From: Callorhinchus milii
Taxonomy: Eukaryota
DNA length: 64,000 nt
Assembly: GCF_018977255.1 (NCBI RefSeq)
Contig: NW_024704742.1
Coordinates: 60,018,001 to 60,082,000 of the forward strand
Direction: 5' to 3'
Part shown: positions 49,510-64,000 of the stretch, one piece after another
How positions within the stretch are numbered: position 1 is the stretch's first letter
Layout: the number at the start of each line of letters is the position of its first letter
Made by a program: the position numbers and the translations under genes
The notes under the pieces: generated by a model
What the model was told of the DNA's origin: nothing
What the model saw: the letters and a program-made list of their open reading frames with translations, nothing else
Database searches by the model: none

Positions 49510-52500
49510 CCTGATATTTCCAGACTGCCATTTAAAGGCTGTTCAGGACAAAGATTCAATTTAATGGGGACTTGTGGAACTAAGTTATTTTTATTTTCTT
49601 GCAGCTCTCTCTTACTGCAAATGCATAAATGTTTGAGTTAGAAGCTTGTCACTGTAAGATGGGCCCTGAAACTTTGATTTAATGTTGACAGTGTCAAATA
49701 AAATTCAAGATCACAAGGGCTCTGTGACCAGAGCATTGGAATAGAAGCAGTTGGTAACTGGATCAATCTATGGATATTATTGATAAATAAGTAATGCAAC
49801 AAACCAGTTTTGCGAGCAAAACATGCATTTTTTCGAATTTTTGCTGTATGTATATATATATATATATATGTATATATGGGAAAGAGAGAGCATCAACTTA
49901 CATTAACAGCTAAGTTTACACTTTATAACCATTACACGTTTTTATTTTCAAAGCTAACCGTAAGCATAGCAACTATAAAAAATTCAGTCTTAGCATTGAA
50001 AATGCTTAACCCTGCACACAGTTCCAATACTTCAAAACATCTGTCTCAGTCCAACACAGCAAGGAAGTAATAGTTCCTGGCACAAAAACATTCATCTCGG
50101 TTGATAGGTTGTCGGTGGCTACATGGCGGATGTCAATAGATATGAAGAATTGCAGGTGAAGATTACTTTCTTGTACATGCATCAAAGATTATATGAATGT
50201 GCATGTCAAGCTGACAATACGTGCACCAGTAACCTGCTTTGCTCATTCTATAGCTCGAAAAGCACTTTAATTATTTTTAAAGCATACTGTAATTTTCACA
50301 CCTCTATATTTCTCCTTGATGTTGCAATTCATTGCCATATTTTTAAGCAATGGAGCAGGATGTTCTGGACTGTATGACTACTGGCAATGTTTTTTTATGA
50401 TCCAGCCAACAGCAGTATTGATTTAAATAATGAGGGAAGTTCCATGCCAGTGCTCTTTCTACGACTGTCCCTGCATGACTCTGAACAGTAGCTGACAAAA
50501 CTCATCCAAATCAGGCAAAATGAGTTGGAGTGCCAAGTAGCTCTGCACTTCAAACTCTCTACATTGTCCTGATGAATCAAGCACCTCACAGTATTGGCAA
50601 CAACACCGTTTCAATTTGAGGAAAATATTCCACCGAGAAGTTGGACAGTGGCTTACAACGTTAGGCTAAAAAATAAGCATTCAGTAGTACTGTAATTGCA
50701 ATAGTAAGAATAGTCCTTCCATTTGAATATGGTATCAGAAGGACATCTCGGATAACTTCACACATTTTAGTGTGCAGTGTAGTGACTGTATATTTTGTAG
50801 GCAATGATCAACTTTCAATTTGATCAAAAGCATTCCGAAAGTGAAAGGTGCTACATAAATGTCAATTGAGTTGAAAACTGCATTGTGAATTTTCAACCCA
50901 AAAGCCAGTTCCATAAATTAATCGGCTTGTCTCACTGTAAAATGACCAATTACATATTAGTTTTAAGCTTTATAAAAGTTCTGAACTCGAAGTGTAATCT
51001 ATTTTCTAATAAAGTTTAGACATGTTTGAATTGACAAGGAATTTAAAGTTTTTTTCTGTTTATCCAGAATTTAGATGTGGCTAGATATTTAGAATTCTAA
51101 CTATAAAGGAGAAATTGGATTGAAAAATTGATGGCTAGATACTTGGGAAATAGAAATATTAAAGGATATAGTTGAAAAGTCAGAAAAGTAGGATTAGATG
51201 TCTTGGGACATCCTCCTGATGTGAAAAGTGCTATACAAATGTAGATTTGTATTATAATTTATATTAGAAGAGGGGAAAGGAGATAATGTCATGAAATATT
51301 TTGTGGTGGAGCAGGCTAAATAGACTAAATGGCCTTTTGCTGTTTCTAATTTCCTATGTAATCCAACTGCTTTATTTTTCCTTTATTCAAACAAACAGCT
51401 TTGCATCAAAAGAAACGTTTTAAGCAAATACATATTTGGCTCTAATTCCATTGAATCATAGAATCATTCAGCACAGTAAGAGACCATTTGATCCACTTTT
51501 ATATGTCAGTATTTGCTCCAAAATAAACATCTATTCTAATTCCAATTTCCCGTCTCTTTTCCCATGCCCTGCCTCTACATTGCTTATCTAATTCTTTGTT
51601 TTACAACTACCAGCTCCAACATCCATCTGTTGCAAATCATTCTATACAATGACAATCCTCTGGGAGAAGTTCTGAACTTTATAATGCATTGCTGTGGCAG
51701 CATATGGTGATGGAGCTACCGTCCTTTGGATCAAATGTTAAACTAAGGTCTTGTCTGTTTGTTTTGATGGACAATGAAGATCGCTTGGCATTTTTTAAGA
51801 AATATAAAAGAATTTCTCAATGTGTCTAGGCAAAGAATTCCACCAGATAAAATATATTGCTTTCTGGCTGATTGTAGGAGGTTGATGCAGTCAAATTGGC
51901 TGCTATGTTTGCTTAGAAATATACAGTCAATATACTTTACAGAAAACTCTGTGAAGGGATTTGAGATGTTTTGTTAATTGTAAGGATGACTATTAATATC
52001 AACAGGCACAATTGGTCTTTGGGTTGTTAGAAATCTACTGCAGAGTTGACATTATAAAAAAGAACTAAATGCCTGGGGCTGATGGATTTGTGTATTGGTG
52101 AATTCTTCAAACGTATAAATAATTAAGTGATTAGTCAGTTCAATTTGCATAATCAATAAGGTAGCAGAGAATACCTGCAAAGCACCAAAAGGAGACCAAA
52201 AGTACTCTGCTCATTAATTTGCATATAAAAGTCTATCCCATACTGTGCTCAAAGCTCCAATTTGCCCCTGAGGCACAAACACAATAAAATACAGACATAT
52301 ATATATATCCCAAATTGACCACAGCCCAAAACTGCCTTACAGTGACTGAGCTTTTCTACATAAATATTACCAACTGTTCTTCAATGAATCTCTATTTGCC
52401 TGCGGGAGGGAAAAATAGCAGTTTTTTCAACACACAAAAAGTAATTGCATTTATCTCACGAATGATAAATAATACCGTGGTAATTTGGTTATTGAAGCAC

Positions 52501-52784
52501 TTTTGACAAAACCAAATTTTGATAGATTAACAACAGTTTTAGATACACCAACATGGAAATTGATATGAATATCTAAGGTTGCATTTTCCATGTCAGAACC
52601 CAACTTTAATATATTTAATGTGATTTAATATATTATAATTGAATACAATGTAATGTAACATATCGTGTTAATAAAGCCAATAAAAAGGTGCAGATTGTTC
52701 TCATTTTCTTTCCAGATAAAGACCTTCCTTTATTATTGGTGGAAATGTTTTTACACCATAGTTTTACACCACAGAGAAGATATA

Positions 52785-53481
52785 ATAATAATAATTAATA
52801 ATGATCCTTACATTTGATATAGTACCTTCCACATTGCGAGGTTGTCTCAAAGCACTACACAGGATATCCTGTAAAGTGTAGTGACTGTGTATTTTGCGTA
52901 TAAACCTAGCAGACAATTTGGATGCACCAGTGACCCACACACAGCCATGAAATGACCAGAGAGTGTTGTACCTAGCTTAATACATTAATTCACCCCCCAG
53001 TGTAACTTTGTGAATTATGATGATATGATAATATTCCTTCTATTTGATATAGCACCTTACTAAGTTATCAAAATGTCCCAAAGTGCTTCACAAAAATTAC
53101 TATAAAGCTGTGTGACTGTGTGTTCACCTATAAAATACACAAACATTACATTCAAATTAAATCCTGTGACGTGCTTTGAGACATTTCGACAATCTGACGC
53201 AGCAATGTCCAACAACCAGCATGAAGCAAATTATCAAATAGATCTGGAAGGAAGGACACCGGGGGAAACTCTCTTTTCTCTTTCAGTGATGCCATGTGAT
53301 ATTTAATGTCCACCTAAACAGGCCGATGGTTTAACGCCTCACTCAAAGGGCAGCACCTTCAATCCAATACTGTATGGGAACATCAGATGCAGACTGTGAG
53401 TTTTAAGGCCCCAACCTGGGGCTTGAACCTGTCATCTTTTGACTCAGAGATAAGAGTGCTACGAACTGAGCCAGGCTGTCA
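52785..53481 (-). mobile_element. Deu-domain SINE(s) with nested tail fragments
   Basis: Order is a minus tail at about 52785-52960, opposed tail fragments at about 53020-53190, then the core and head ending 'gactcagagataagagtgctacgaactgagccaggctg'. Confidence 0.7.
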
Positions 53482-54419
53482 CCTAGCATGTAATACTATT
53501 CAGGCAGCTGCTAACTAATCTAAATTACAGGATAGATATACAATTTTTCAGGAAAGTCATGGGAGTTTATCACTGCTGATCATTAAATATTGCATTCTTT
53601 GAGTTGCTGGTTGATAATAGTTGTTTCCATTGCAAAGAACAAATGAAAAGATCTTTAGGAAACGGGACATTTGGACCCCAATATGCAAAGTTAACCTAAC
53701 ATTATTGTCATGTCATTTTGTTGTTATTGTTGTCATGTCATCTCATTCCAACATGGTTGACACACGAAGATATCATGCCTGATGCATCACATCATGATAT
53801 TAATCTTCAATGTAAAGCTTCGATAATAATACACACTTCCAATATAGGGAACTTACATTTTCTAGAGGGCCTGATCAAACCGTCTCAAAATGATTCACAA
53901 TCCATTACTGTCAGTTTTACTGAACCCTTCTTGAAGGCAAACAAGGCAACTATTTGTACTAGCAAGGGCCAACAAACAGCTATGAGGTGAGTGAGCAATT
54001 ATTCTGAAGGACTATTAGCCAGGACACTTAGGGAATCTCCATTGTCTTGAAGAATAGTACCACAGGGACATTAATGTCTATTGACCAGGCAGATATGATC
54101 TTGGTGTGACTCCTCATCCAAAAGACTGTATTTCTTACAGTTCAACACTACTCAGTACTGGACTGGGATATCTCCTGACACAATTAGATACAGTCTCAAC
54201 ATGGAGTTTCAACCCACGATAATAATAATAATAGTAATAATTGTTGCATTTGATATCATGACATCAAAAAACTCATAGCTCTTTACAGTAACTATGTAAC
54301 ACTGTTGCCTACAAACTACATACTGACGACACTTCACAGAAAATCCTGTGAAGTGCCTTGACTTGAAAAGCACTAGGCACTATATCAAATAGGATTATTA
54401 TTATGATGATGTTATTACA

Positions 54420-55542
54420 GTTTAAATTACTGCAGAGGTAATTTCTAAATGGTTGTCAGTAATGGGTCAGCCAGACCAAATAACACTACCACATTACATA
54501 TGAAGGGATGTCACTTTTCTTAATATGTTTGAGCTTCCTAAAGTAGTTACTTTTTGCAAGGGGTTTGATATTTTGTACACCCGGTATTTTGTCAAACCAT
54601 TTTTAAATAGTCCTATTAACAGTCCCAATCACACTTTTGATTATAGGAACTATGTTTGTTTTATACTGCCACATATGCCCATGTTTGTTGATAAATATAT
54701 TTCCTGATTTTCTCTGGTTCATTATTTTTTACATTGTAATCGCCTGGGATAGCCACATTAATAATATGACATATATAATTTATTTGATTCTTTGATAATA
54801 TCTAGTCTGTTACAGATGACTGTCCTATTTGTATGTACTTGTAAATCCCAGATTATTGTGATGTTATTTCTAGAAGTCACTTTTGCCAGTTGATGTTCGT
54901 ACCAATTGGTCTTTACGTCAATATTAAAGTGTTTTTGCAACTTGTTCAATGAATATATGTATTATGTCTAATCAGATTCTCTGTTTATGCTAGGGCTGGA
55001 CCTGATGACAATATATAGTCTAGTTTTTCTGGTGCTTGATGACATATTCAGCATTTTGGATTAATTTTTCTCTTTAAGATTTTATTTTCATAATATTGGG
55101 TTGTAATAGATTGGTCTTGTACTGATATTATGAGATCTTCTGTTTCGGCTTTCAAATCCCTGTTAGTCAACCAGTTGTAAGTTTATTTCATATCTAGGCC
55201 TCGTTCTTTCATTTCTCTTGGAAGTTAACCATGCATGATTTTTTCCATTCGTTGTTTCTACAAGACATCATTTTCTTTTAAGAAAAAAATTAATTCCACA
55301 TGCCATATTTGTTTGTTCAGATGGCCTACTTTCTATTTCTTTTTGATGGATGTCATATTCTTGTTTGACCCTGATTGCCTCTTTGATGATGGAAAATGTC
55401 TTTTTTTGTTTTTCATGTTTTTCTATTATTCTAATACTATCATTGGGATTTATTCTGATATATTCAACTAATTGTTGATTCATAAATTGCTTCAATTTCA
55501 ATCAGGCCTCTTCTTCCTTTTTATGTGGTATATAAATATACC
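54420..55542 (-). mobile_element. Decayed R4/Dong-clade non-LTR retrotransposon, 3' part (zinc knuckle plus restriction-like endonuclease)
   Basis: Minus translation gives 'MHG*LP…YNWLTNRDLKAETEDLIISVQDQSITTQYY…KC*IC…EKLDYILSSGPALA*TENLIRHN…WYEH…IIWDLQVHTNRTVICNRLDII'. This is a degenerate CCHC, RHN and PD-type endonuclease. Confidence 0.8.
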
Positions 55543-55675
55543 TAATAATAATTAATAATAATATTGATAACATTATTGTTGTTAGTATTGATTATTATTA
55601 TTCATTATCATTATTATCCTCATTATTATTGTCGTCATCATCATTATTATTATCGTCATTTTTATTATTATTATG
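55543..55675. repeat. (TAA/ATT)n-derived low-complexity tract
   Basis: Directly visible degenerate trinucleotide tract. Confidence 0.85.
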
Positions 55676-56651
55676 GAAATGCAGAAACCAACTTGCACAC
55701 AGCAATGTTCCCAATGAGTCAGGATGTGAAAGATCAATTTACCTGGGAGAGTTTTGGCCAGGATACCAGAAGAAATCCCTTCTCTTTTCAAATTTTGTCT
55801 TGGGTTTTTCAATGTCCATTTGAAAGGCAGAAGATATTAAACCAAGACTCCTGTTCAAGTGGACTCTGGACAACCCACCTCCTACTTTCAGATTGGAATT
55901 TGGAGTTTGAAATTGAATATGTTCAGTAACGAGAAAAGACTGTTATTTTACAAACATTTACAGTCCAACTAAAATATATCAAAATGTTTGAAGGCTGTAA
56001 TTTTAATTTTTAGTGTGTGCAGGATTCACTGCTAAGCTGCTTCAGTTTGTCATTCTTATGTCAAATACCAATGGCAAGCTGCTAACATAAAGATGGAAAA
56101 CTAGGTATAAAATATACGTCCAAAAAAGATAATATAGTGGAATATTACTGCTCCATTTTAGTTCCATTGCTTTTTACTGTGACTTTTCTCAGGTGTTTAT
56201 AACATTAAACCTTTCAATTCTATATGAAATAGTGGGAACAGCATCAGCATTACTGATGTGAAGAGACATTAGTGGCAGTGAATGAGTTGACACACATGTG
56301 TTATTGTTGGTGATTTGACTGTGTGAAAGATAGATGGTTTGCGTTTCGCAATGCAACAGAGCACTGGCAAAGGGGTGTGATTGACAATGTACGAACAAGG
56401 AACTGAGGGACCAGAACTGCAGCTGTGTGGAATTAGACAGGAAAGAGACATGCAGAGTGCACAATAGGAGCAGTTAGAAGATATAAATGGAATTGCCTAA
56501 CACAAACCAGCACTTGCTTGGCTGGTTAGATTTGTATAATTCAAAGAAAATATGATTGAATTTGAAATAGGCAGCTCAATCTCTGAGGAATAGTTACTAA
56601 GTTAGTAAGTTACTCTGAGTTATCACTGTTGTGCTTCTATTGCAATTACAG

Positions 56652-57050
56652 TTGTCAGCTTGGCTCAATTGGTAGCACTCTCTCCTCTGTGTCAGAAGGT
56701 TGTGTGTTCAAGCCCCACATCAAGACATTGAACTCACAATCCAGGCTGACACTCTATGCAGTGATGGCTATGGTGGGGGGGCATTAAACCAAGCTCCTGT
56801 CTGCCTCTTTTGGTGGACATTAAACATCCCACGGCAGTTTTTGAAAAGAGAAGGGAAGTTTCTTCTGGCCAATAAATTTGGCCAACAATACCCCAGATAA
56901 AACTCACACAATGGCTGTTTATGGGACATTACTGTATTCAAATTTGCTGCAGCATTTAACCACAAATATACAGACAATCGTGTCTACCTCTTTGAGATGT
57001 TTGGTTAATGTGATAAGCTGCCATATTAAATGCAAGAATTATTGTTGATA
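56652..57050 (+). mobile_element. Deu-domain SINE (family B), full length
   Basis: Runs from the head 'gtcagcttggctcaattggtagcactctctcctctgtgtcagaaggttgtgtgttcaagcccc' through the core to the tail. Confidence 0.82.
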
Positions 57051-60000
57051 TATTGAAATGATAAGAAAATCAGTTTATGCTAGGCGTGATATTCTGCATT
57101 TTATTGGTTTATGGTTTTGAAACCCATTAAAATGTTGTAAATAAGTAAAGATAATTGATATAAACATGTTTTCATATTTAAATAGGTGTGAAGATGAGTG
57201 AAATTAAATACATTTGGTAACACTCATAAACATTCAAAATAATTGTTGTTGACATATGCTTCTTAATATATCAGTGAAATGTATGCGTTGACAATTATTT
57301 TTGGCATTAATGCACTTCTTTCATGCTTCTTGTTTACAGAATACATACCCTGGAAGAATAATTGAAATGGCAATAATTACTTTGATAGGACAGAGACAAC
57401 TAATAGAAAATGTTCTGAAATTAATTTGTGATATTATTAATAACAGTTCACCTCAACAACAACAACTTGTATTTATATAGCGCACGCCATGCCGGACGGC
57501 ATCTCAGAGCGCATCTCAGAGACACAATGTCAGAAGTTCAGAGGGTTTATCCAGTGACGTCTCAATTATATGATAAGGTACTATATCAAATACAGGATTA
57601 TTATTATATTATATATCACACTGATGGGGTTGTTTCACACAAGTTCACAGTATAAACAAATTCCTTGTTAAGCACTGATAATCAATTACTTCACTCACTG
57701 AAGTCGGAGGTGTGAGAAAATAAAAAGTTGCTAATGCAGTAAAAATAGTGCTTTACCAGGTTCAGATTAATCAGTACTGCCAAGACAAAACACTTGCCGA
57801 GCATTGTAAGTTGCTGGATACCCTTTAGGAAAATAAGACCATTTAACTAGGATAACAACACCACCAACAAAATTACATTTGTATAGTACTTTTCAAGTCG
57901 GGAAGACGTCCCAAGGACCAATGAAAGGGGATCAAGAGGTATAAAAGCAGGAAGCAGGGAGAACTGACGAGGGAGGTTTGGCTAGATTGTTTAATTTGTG
58001 ACTTCGAGATGAGAATAAAAGAGCTTTCTAAACATTGAGTGTTGAGAACATAACATAAGTAACTCGGTACTTAATACACCTGATTTCCAACTAAATTCTG
58101 TGCATCAACCCATCTCTCAGATAATGCACCTAACAAAATTCCAGCAAAGCTTTCCTGTTATGGTGGTGAGGTCCCATGAAAAGAATGTTTCATTTTCCAA
58201 ATAAAAATCGTCTTAAACTATTCTAAGTCTCACCCACAAAAAGTTCAGTCAATTCACTTTACAGTAGATTGTTTGAAGCGCATTGAGATGTCTCAAAGAT
58301 GCGATAAGGTGCTATATTAAATGCAAGGATTATTATTATTATTGTAACAGGATATGATGATTATAAGATGATTTCATTTCATAAGATTATATTGTTTAAA
58401 TACATCACATACCAGAACACAAGACATCATTTATGATAACATTTGGTTCTAATTTGTGGTATTTTTTAACAGATTTCTTCCTCAGAAACATGTAATTATC
58501 AAATATTCCAAACATTTTTCTTTCCATCCAATTTTCTCTCATATTTTCACAGTGTGCATTATATATTCCAACAATTTATCTCTGGAATTTCAATATGTAG
58601 ATGGGATGCATGGAATTCTCAGTTTGGTTCGGATACTCTTAAGCATGGTGATGGGTTTCCATATCTGTCAGACACGGAACTGATCAAAAGAAAATCTTAT
58701 GTTAGAATAAAATGCCTAGAGTGCTGGTTACCTCTTTAGCTATCCCTTGATGAATATCTAAAGAACAACAACAACAAACATGAATCATTTGCAGGGGTGT
58801 GCAGAAAAGGCAGGTACATAGCAAAAGAAAAGGCAGGGCTAAATGCATTATTCTTTCAAAAAGCAAACAAAGACACAATTGGTCAAATTGCCTTCTTCTA
58901 CAACACAATACAATAAGAACACAATTTGCACTTAAGTAGCGCTTTTCACATCAAGAGGACGTCTTAAAGAGCTTGAGAATTCTGGCTGGGCACAGCTGTT
59001 GAGGGTTGGAGATGAGAGATTGAGGAGGGGAACAGAGAACCAAAAACATAGTCAAAGATTATGATTTATAATAATAATCTTTACATTTGTTATCCAACCT
59101 TTAACGTACAGAGGACATCCCAATGCGCTTCACAGGAAAAACTGTAAATTGGACTTACTGTGTGTTTTGTGGGCAAATGTGGCAGTCAATTATGATATAA
59201 ATCAAGAAACGTATGGAATAAGTCAAGACATTTTCAATCAACAATATGAACTTGTACAAGGAAAGCTAATGAAATTACTTTTATAACATTTCCATGCACA
59301 TTGGAGTGTCATCTTATTGTGCGTTCCAAGTTCTGCCGTGGAAGTTGAACCCACAACCTTCTGACTCAGAGGTGAGAGAGCTATCAACTGAGTCAGGCAG
59401 TTACCACATAATGATACAAATGCATTCCTACTAGTGTCATCAAATATTGAAAATGTGTGAATATTTTTAAGTAACACTACTTAGAACAAACAATATAGAG
59501 AGAGTTGTGTTTACATGATTTAAAAAATGTATAAGCTTTTCATATATAGCTTTTCCTGGAACAGTGCAAATGAACAGTAACATTATTGGAGAATGGAAAT
59601 TTTATAAAAGTTATTTCATTAGATTTCCTTGTACATTATTTTTCTTAATATATTGCTAAATGTGACGGCAAATCCAATATAGAACAATTACAAACTAATT
59701 ACTGAATATACTTCACAAAACAAATTAATGTTGCCATGTGTGGTAAGGCAGGGTGATGCACTTAACATTCATTATCCCTATTTGGCATGAGATGAGATTC
59801 AATTTCCGGACAACAGCCATTAAACTGCTAAGTTTGCAGTTCAGCCAAGTCCTTTTTCAGAATGATTCCCTTCAAGTAAGAATGTGGGAAATTTAGAACC
59901 AAGAAATGTTCAGCCCATAGAGTCTCCCACTGTTGCATGCTTTTCTTAATCACACGGTTGTTTCCATTATGGGAAACTTATCTGTAAACTTTGCAACACA

Positions 60001-60954
60001 AAACAATAGTTTAGATTTAGAACAATATTTCACAATTCAATATCGTAGAACAGTAGGTTTGGAGTTGCAAAGGGCAACTCAGAATAGACACTGTGAATGT
60101 TTTCATTACTGGTAAATAAATATCAATATATAATATTATTATTACATATTAATATTAAATAATCCTCTTTACCAAAGAGTAATTAAAAATGGGAAAGAAG
60201 TATCAGGAAGGTTGACTAAGCCCAGGGCACTGGACTTGTTTCAAAACAGCTTGATGCTGTGATGGGAGGTTAATATTTTAGGATGAGATGAACAACAACT
60301 TGCATTTTATGGCGCTTTCATGTTCAAATGGGCTGAAGGGTCTTCTTCATCCAAATTAATTTTATGACTTATGATCGTTGTAATTCTATAAATAACATTG
60401 GCAGCAACTCCAGTGGGACAATATTACATGATATTGCAATGTGTAAGGTCCCTTTCATCTTAATACATTCCTTAGCTATTTTTAAAAAAACTAGGAAAAC
60501 AAATGTCACACGGGACAATAGTCCTGGCATATAAAATATTGCAATTTGAATCTAACTTGGTTAATGATAACAATTAATGTATACCATAACTATTGTATTT
60601 GTATTTGTAAAGTTTAAATATTGCTGTCAAAATTAAATTTTCTTATATGCTAAATAAATTTCATGGAGAACTATTCTAGTATTGGATAAGAAGGTGTTAA
60701 ACCTTTTAAACCCAAAGTTACTGAACTAATTTTCTAAATAAATAATTTCAATATTAAATTAACTATGGAGTGCAACTTAGATTCCTTCATTTACACAAAG
60801 ATTAACAATGATTCTTCAGCTTGTAGTTAATATATTGGAGCCTAAAATGCGGGCTGGGCTAATAGCCCATATGTTCACTATATTTATTTGCTTTCTGTTT
60901 AAATTAACCAATGCAAAGGATTATGGAATCACCTGCAAGACTTTGCGCTACTTT

Positions 60955-61497
60955 AACAAGCCAATCCATAACCTTGGCATCTTGTTTGACCCTCAACTCT
61001 CCTTTCTACCCCACATCTGTGCCATGACCCGATCTGCCTTCCCCCACCTCCACAACATTGTCTGCCTCCGCCACTGTCTCACACCTCAGGCCACCGAAAC
61101 CCTCATACACTCATTCATAACATCCAGGCTCGACTACGCAACCTCCCAGCTTGCCGACCTCCCCAACGCCTCCCTCCATAGGCTGCAGCCCATGTCCTTT
61201 CCTGCACCAGGCTCCGCGTCCCTATCACCCCCATTCTCCCCCTCCAATGGCTTCCCATCAAACAGAGGATACAGTTCAAGATCCTGGTCCTGACTTTCAA
61301 AGCCCTCTGTGGTCTTGCTCCCTCCTACCTCTGCAACCTCCTAAACCCCTACCATCCTGCTCAATCCCTCCACTCAGCGGGCTCCGGCCTGCTTCATGTT
61401 CCCGTCTCGCCCACTCCATCATTGGCGGGCGCTCTTTCAGACACTGGAACTCCATCTCGCAGTCTGTAAGCATCTGATTATGATTATGATTATGATT
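60955..61497 (+). mobile_element. Older L2-clade LINE fragment
   Basis: Encodes 'HNLGILFDPQLSFLPHI…ETLIHSFITSRLDY' and the C-terminal 'IIGGRSF'. Confidence 0.88.
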
Positions 61498-61747
61498 TCT
61501 GTAAACCATAATTCAGTGTGGTGAATTTATCATTAATGAATATGAATAGAAAATTTACTGGGAAATGTTATAGAAATTGATTTCATTATGATTTCTTGTA
61601 AGTTAGTTTGGCACACAATGGTAAGAATTATTGTTTGTGGTGTTCTGCTGTGAAAATAAATGTTACTGTTATAGACGTTTGGAATACTGTATTAATCTTC
61701 ACTGTCAGAATTGCAACAATTTAGGTGACGGTGAGTAATAGATGTGG

Positions 61748-62038
61748 ATTCCTACAACATATTGGATAAAGCCTTGCAAGCAAGAGGACCCGGGTAGATT
61801 CCCAAGTAAGGCAAGTTTCCTTACTCCACACGTCTCTGTTTACCTAGCAGTAAGAAGGAACCTGTTTGTTGGTCGATTGACGGATAATGCCTTATATAAA
61901 TAAAAGTGGTCACTCAATCCACGAGTGTTTGTGGGACACTGCTGTGGGCAATTAGCTGTTCACTTTACAGTATATTCTGTGAAGTGTTTTGAGATGACGT
62001 AATAAGGCCCTATACCAGATGCAAGATTATCATTATTA
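61748..62038 (+). mobile_element. SINE family A
   Basis: Runs from 'gccttgcaagcaagaggacccggg…gcaagtttccttactccacac' to the tail. Confidence 0.83.
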
Positions 62039-63460
62039 TAGATTCACCTCAATGTCACCAGGTACCTGAAGCCAATAATAATGCCCAAACAGTGAATTTC
62101 CACACTTACCTTCATGCACAATTCATAGCAGTTTCTTAACTGGGTAGTGGCTTTCAGATATTTCTATGTGTATGGCATTTGAATGTCTCAACTCCACAAT
62201 ACAGAAGCTAAATTACCAGAAACATATCATTCCTTTTTGTTACCTCTGTCTTCGGGTCAAATTTTGATTCATACTAAAGTGTCAAATAATACCAGTAAGG
62301 TTCCAATTTATTGTGCCAGTTTTAAACTTTAATGGATTCTTAAAATGTCAAAGCCACAAAAGGGATTCTTTTAAAAAAAGTCTGACATGCATCTAACTTG
62401 TTTCATTTCACTGTCATTTTGTAGTGAATCCAGTGATTATGGAGGCATTTTTTATTATTATTCAGGTGACACTTCTTCCTAATTATCTGCCTGCCATGCA
62501 ATGTCATATAATACATTACTTTGCTGTCTTAATGTTGCTTCATTCATTAATGACCTATCCTCTGCATTGTACTTCATTTCCATTCTTTCAGCCTGTCACA
62601 GTAGATTTGTTTGTTAATTGCAGCTAAGTACTTTGTTTCAGGGTTTTGTTTTGCTCAACATACACATACTCTCAGATGACGGCTTCATTGAAAGCTTCAA
62701 AGACAATCCTTCGTGTTTTATGTGTCGAAAATAATCCACTGATAGTGGCAACTAAAGTAACCACTGTGCCTTCTTCCTTGTTGTTGCATAAACACTGCAG
62801 TGGTTTGTTTATTGCTGCAGCAGCATTCCGATTCCAGCTCTTGAGTCTGAGTGACAGCCACTACTGATGATTATTGTCAAATAAAACGACAAATGTCATA
62901 CGATACTGCTGCTTAAACCCAATCCTAAAATAAAGATTGTGGCACAAGCTTCAATGCAGAATTTTGCTGCAATTTATCAACGGAACCATTTTATAAGAGG
63001 GCCCATAAGAGCATGTGAAACAGAGTGAAGTGACTTTGACAAGTATTTTCTACTATAGGATTTGCTGATGCTTACACCTGAACAGCTATACTTTCTATAA
63101 AACACTCCTCAGGAATTATTTGAATTTTTATTGTCCACAAAACACAGAAGACACATATGTGTGAACTCAACCTCTAAAATGTTATGTTTTTCTTTAAACA
63201 TGACTTTGCATGACTTTTGATAGAAACTGAAAACATGGCTTTACATAGTTTACATTTACAGATGAACAGGCATATAGAAATCATATTAGTATAGGTACAA
63301 TCCAGTATGTATTGTCTCCCTGGTTCCTGGTTCTGAAAACAAGACTGATAGTGTTATTTCCAAACTAAATAATTTTGATGGCTCTTATAGATGAGATTTC
63401 CACTATAACGTTGATAAAATTCAGTCTTGATACTGAAAAGTAAGGTATTATTGGCAATAT

Positions 63461-63853
63461 ATAATAATAATAATCCTCACATTTGAAGGAGAGCTTTATT
63501 GACTTGTTCCAAAGTCCTTCACAGCATTTTTATTGTGGATTGTAGTGACCCTGTATTGGTAAGTGAATGTGGTGGCCAATTCACACACAATAATGTCCCA
63601 CAAACAGAATATTGGTAGCCAAGACACCAGGTATCAATACTCCAGGAGCAACACCCTTCTCTTTTGAAATAATGCAGGATCTTTAATGATCACCTGATAA
63701 AGCAGCATCTTGATTAATAGCTCAATCTGAAAGATGATCCTGTAAAGCTCCTCCAGGGCTGCATTGGACTGTCAGTGTGGACTATGAACTCAATATCTCA
63801 AAGTGGGGCTTGACTTTGGGGTGAGAGTACTACCAACTGAGCCAGGTTGACAC
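63461..63853 (-). mobile_element. Deu-domain SINE (family B)
   Basis: Contains the tail, the core 'ggatctttaatgatcacctga' and the head 'gagagtactaccaactgagccaggttgacac'. Confidence 0.78.
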
Positions 63854-64000
63854 CCTGGTCTGTAACCACATTATGTGTTTCACTCAGTCAAAGATATTTT
63901 ATCAGTGAGATCTCTGTGCCTTTTATTAATCTGTTGGAATAAGAGCCATCTTGTAGTCAGGCATATGAGTTGCAGGATAAAAAATTAAGTGGAAATAAAC

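Overview
This is AT-rich vertebrate genomic DNA with no recognisable host gene, rRNA, true tRNA or CRISPR array. It reads as a gene desert or a very large intron. The repeat content points to a cartilaginous fish, probably a holocephalan such as the elephant shark (inference, not a database result). Repeats include young and old 5'-truncated L2-clade LINEs, decayed CR1 LINEs, two abundant tRNA-derived SINE families with L2-like tails (one carrying a Deu-domain), a decayed R4/Dong-clade retrotransposon, and micro- and minisatellites. Every interpretable ORF comes from a LINE or a simple repeat. Four signals stand out. (1) Two short non-coding Penelope-like elements built from inverted and tandem terminal repeats carry a minimal hammerhead ribozyme motif, with an intact core at 16089-16125. 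(2) A ~190-bp inverted repeat of non-repetitive-looking DNA brackets 1.1 kb at 48029-49509. (3) Three insertions contain inverted copies of nearby DNA between target-site duplications. (4) Several repeat-free, motif-dense blocks look like conserved enhancers. Repeat family names come from remembered motifs, and boundaries of old repeats are approximate.
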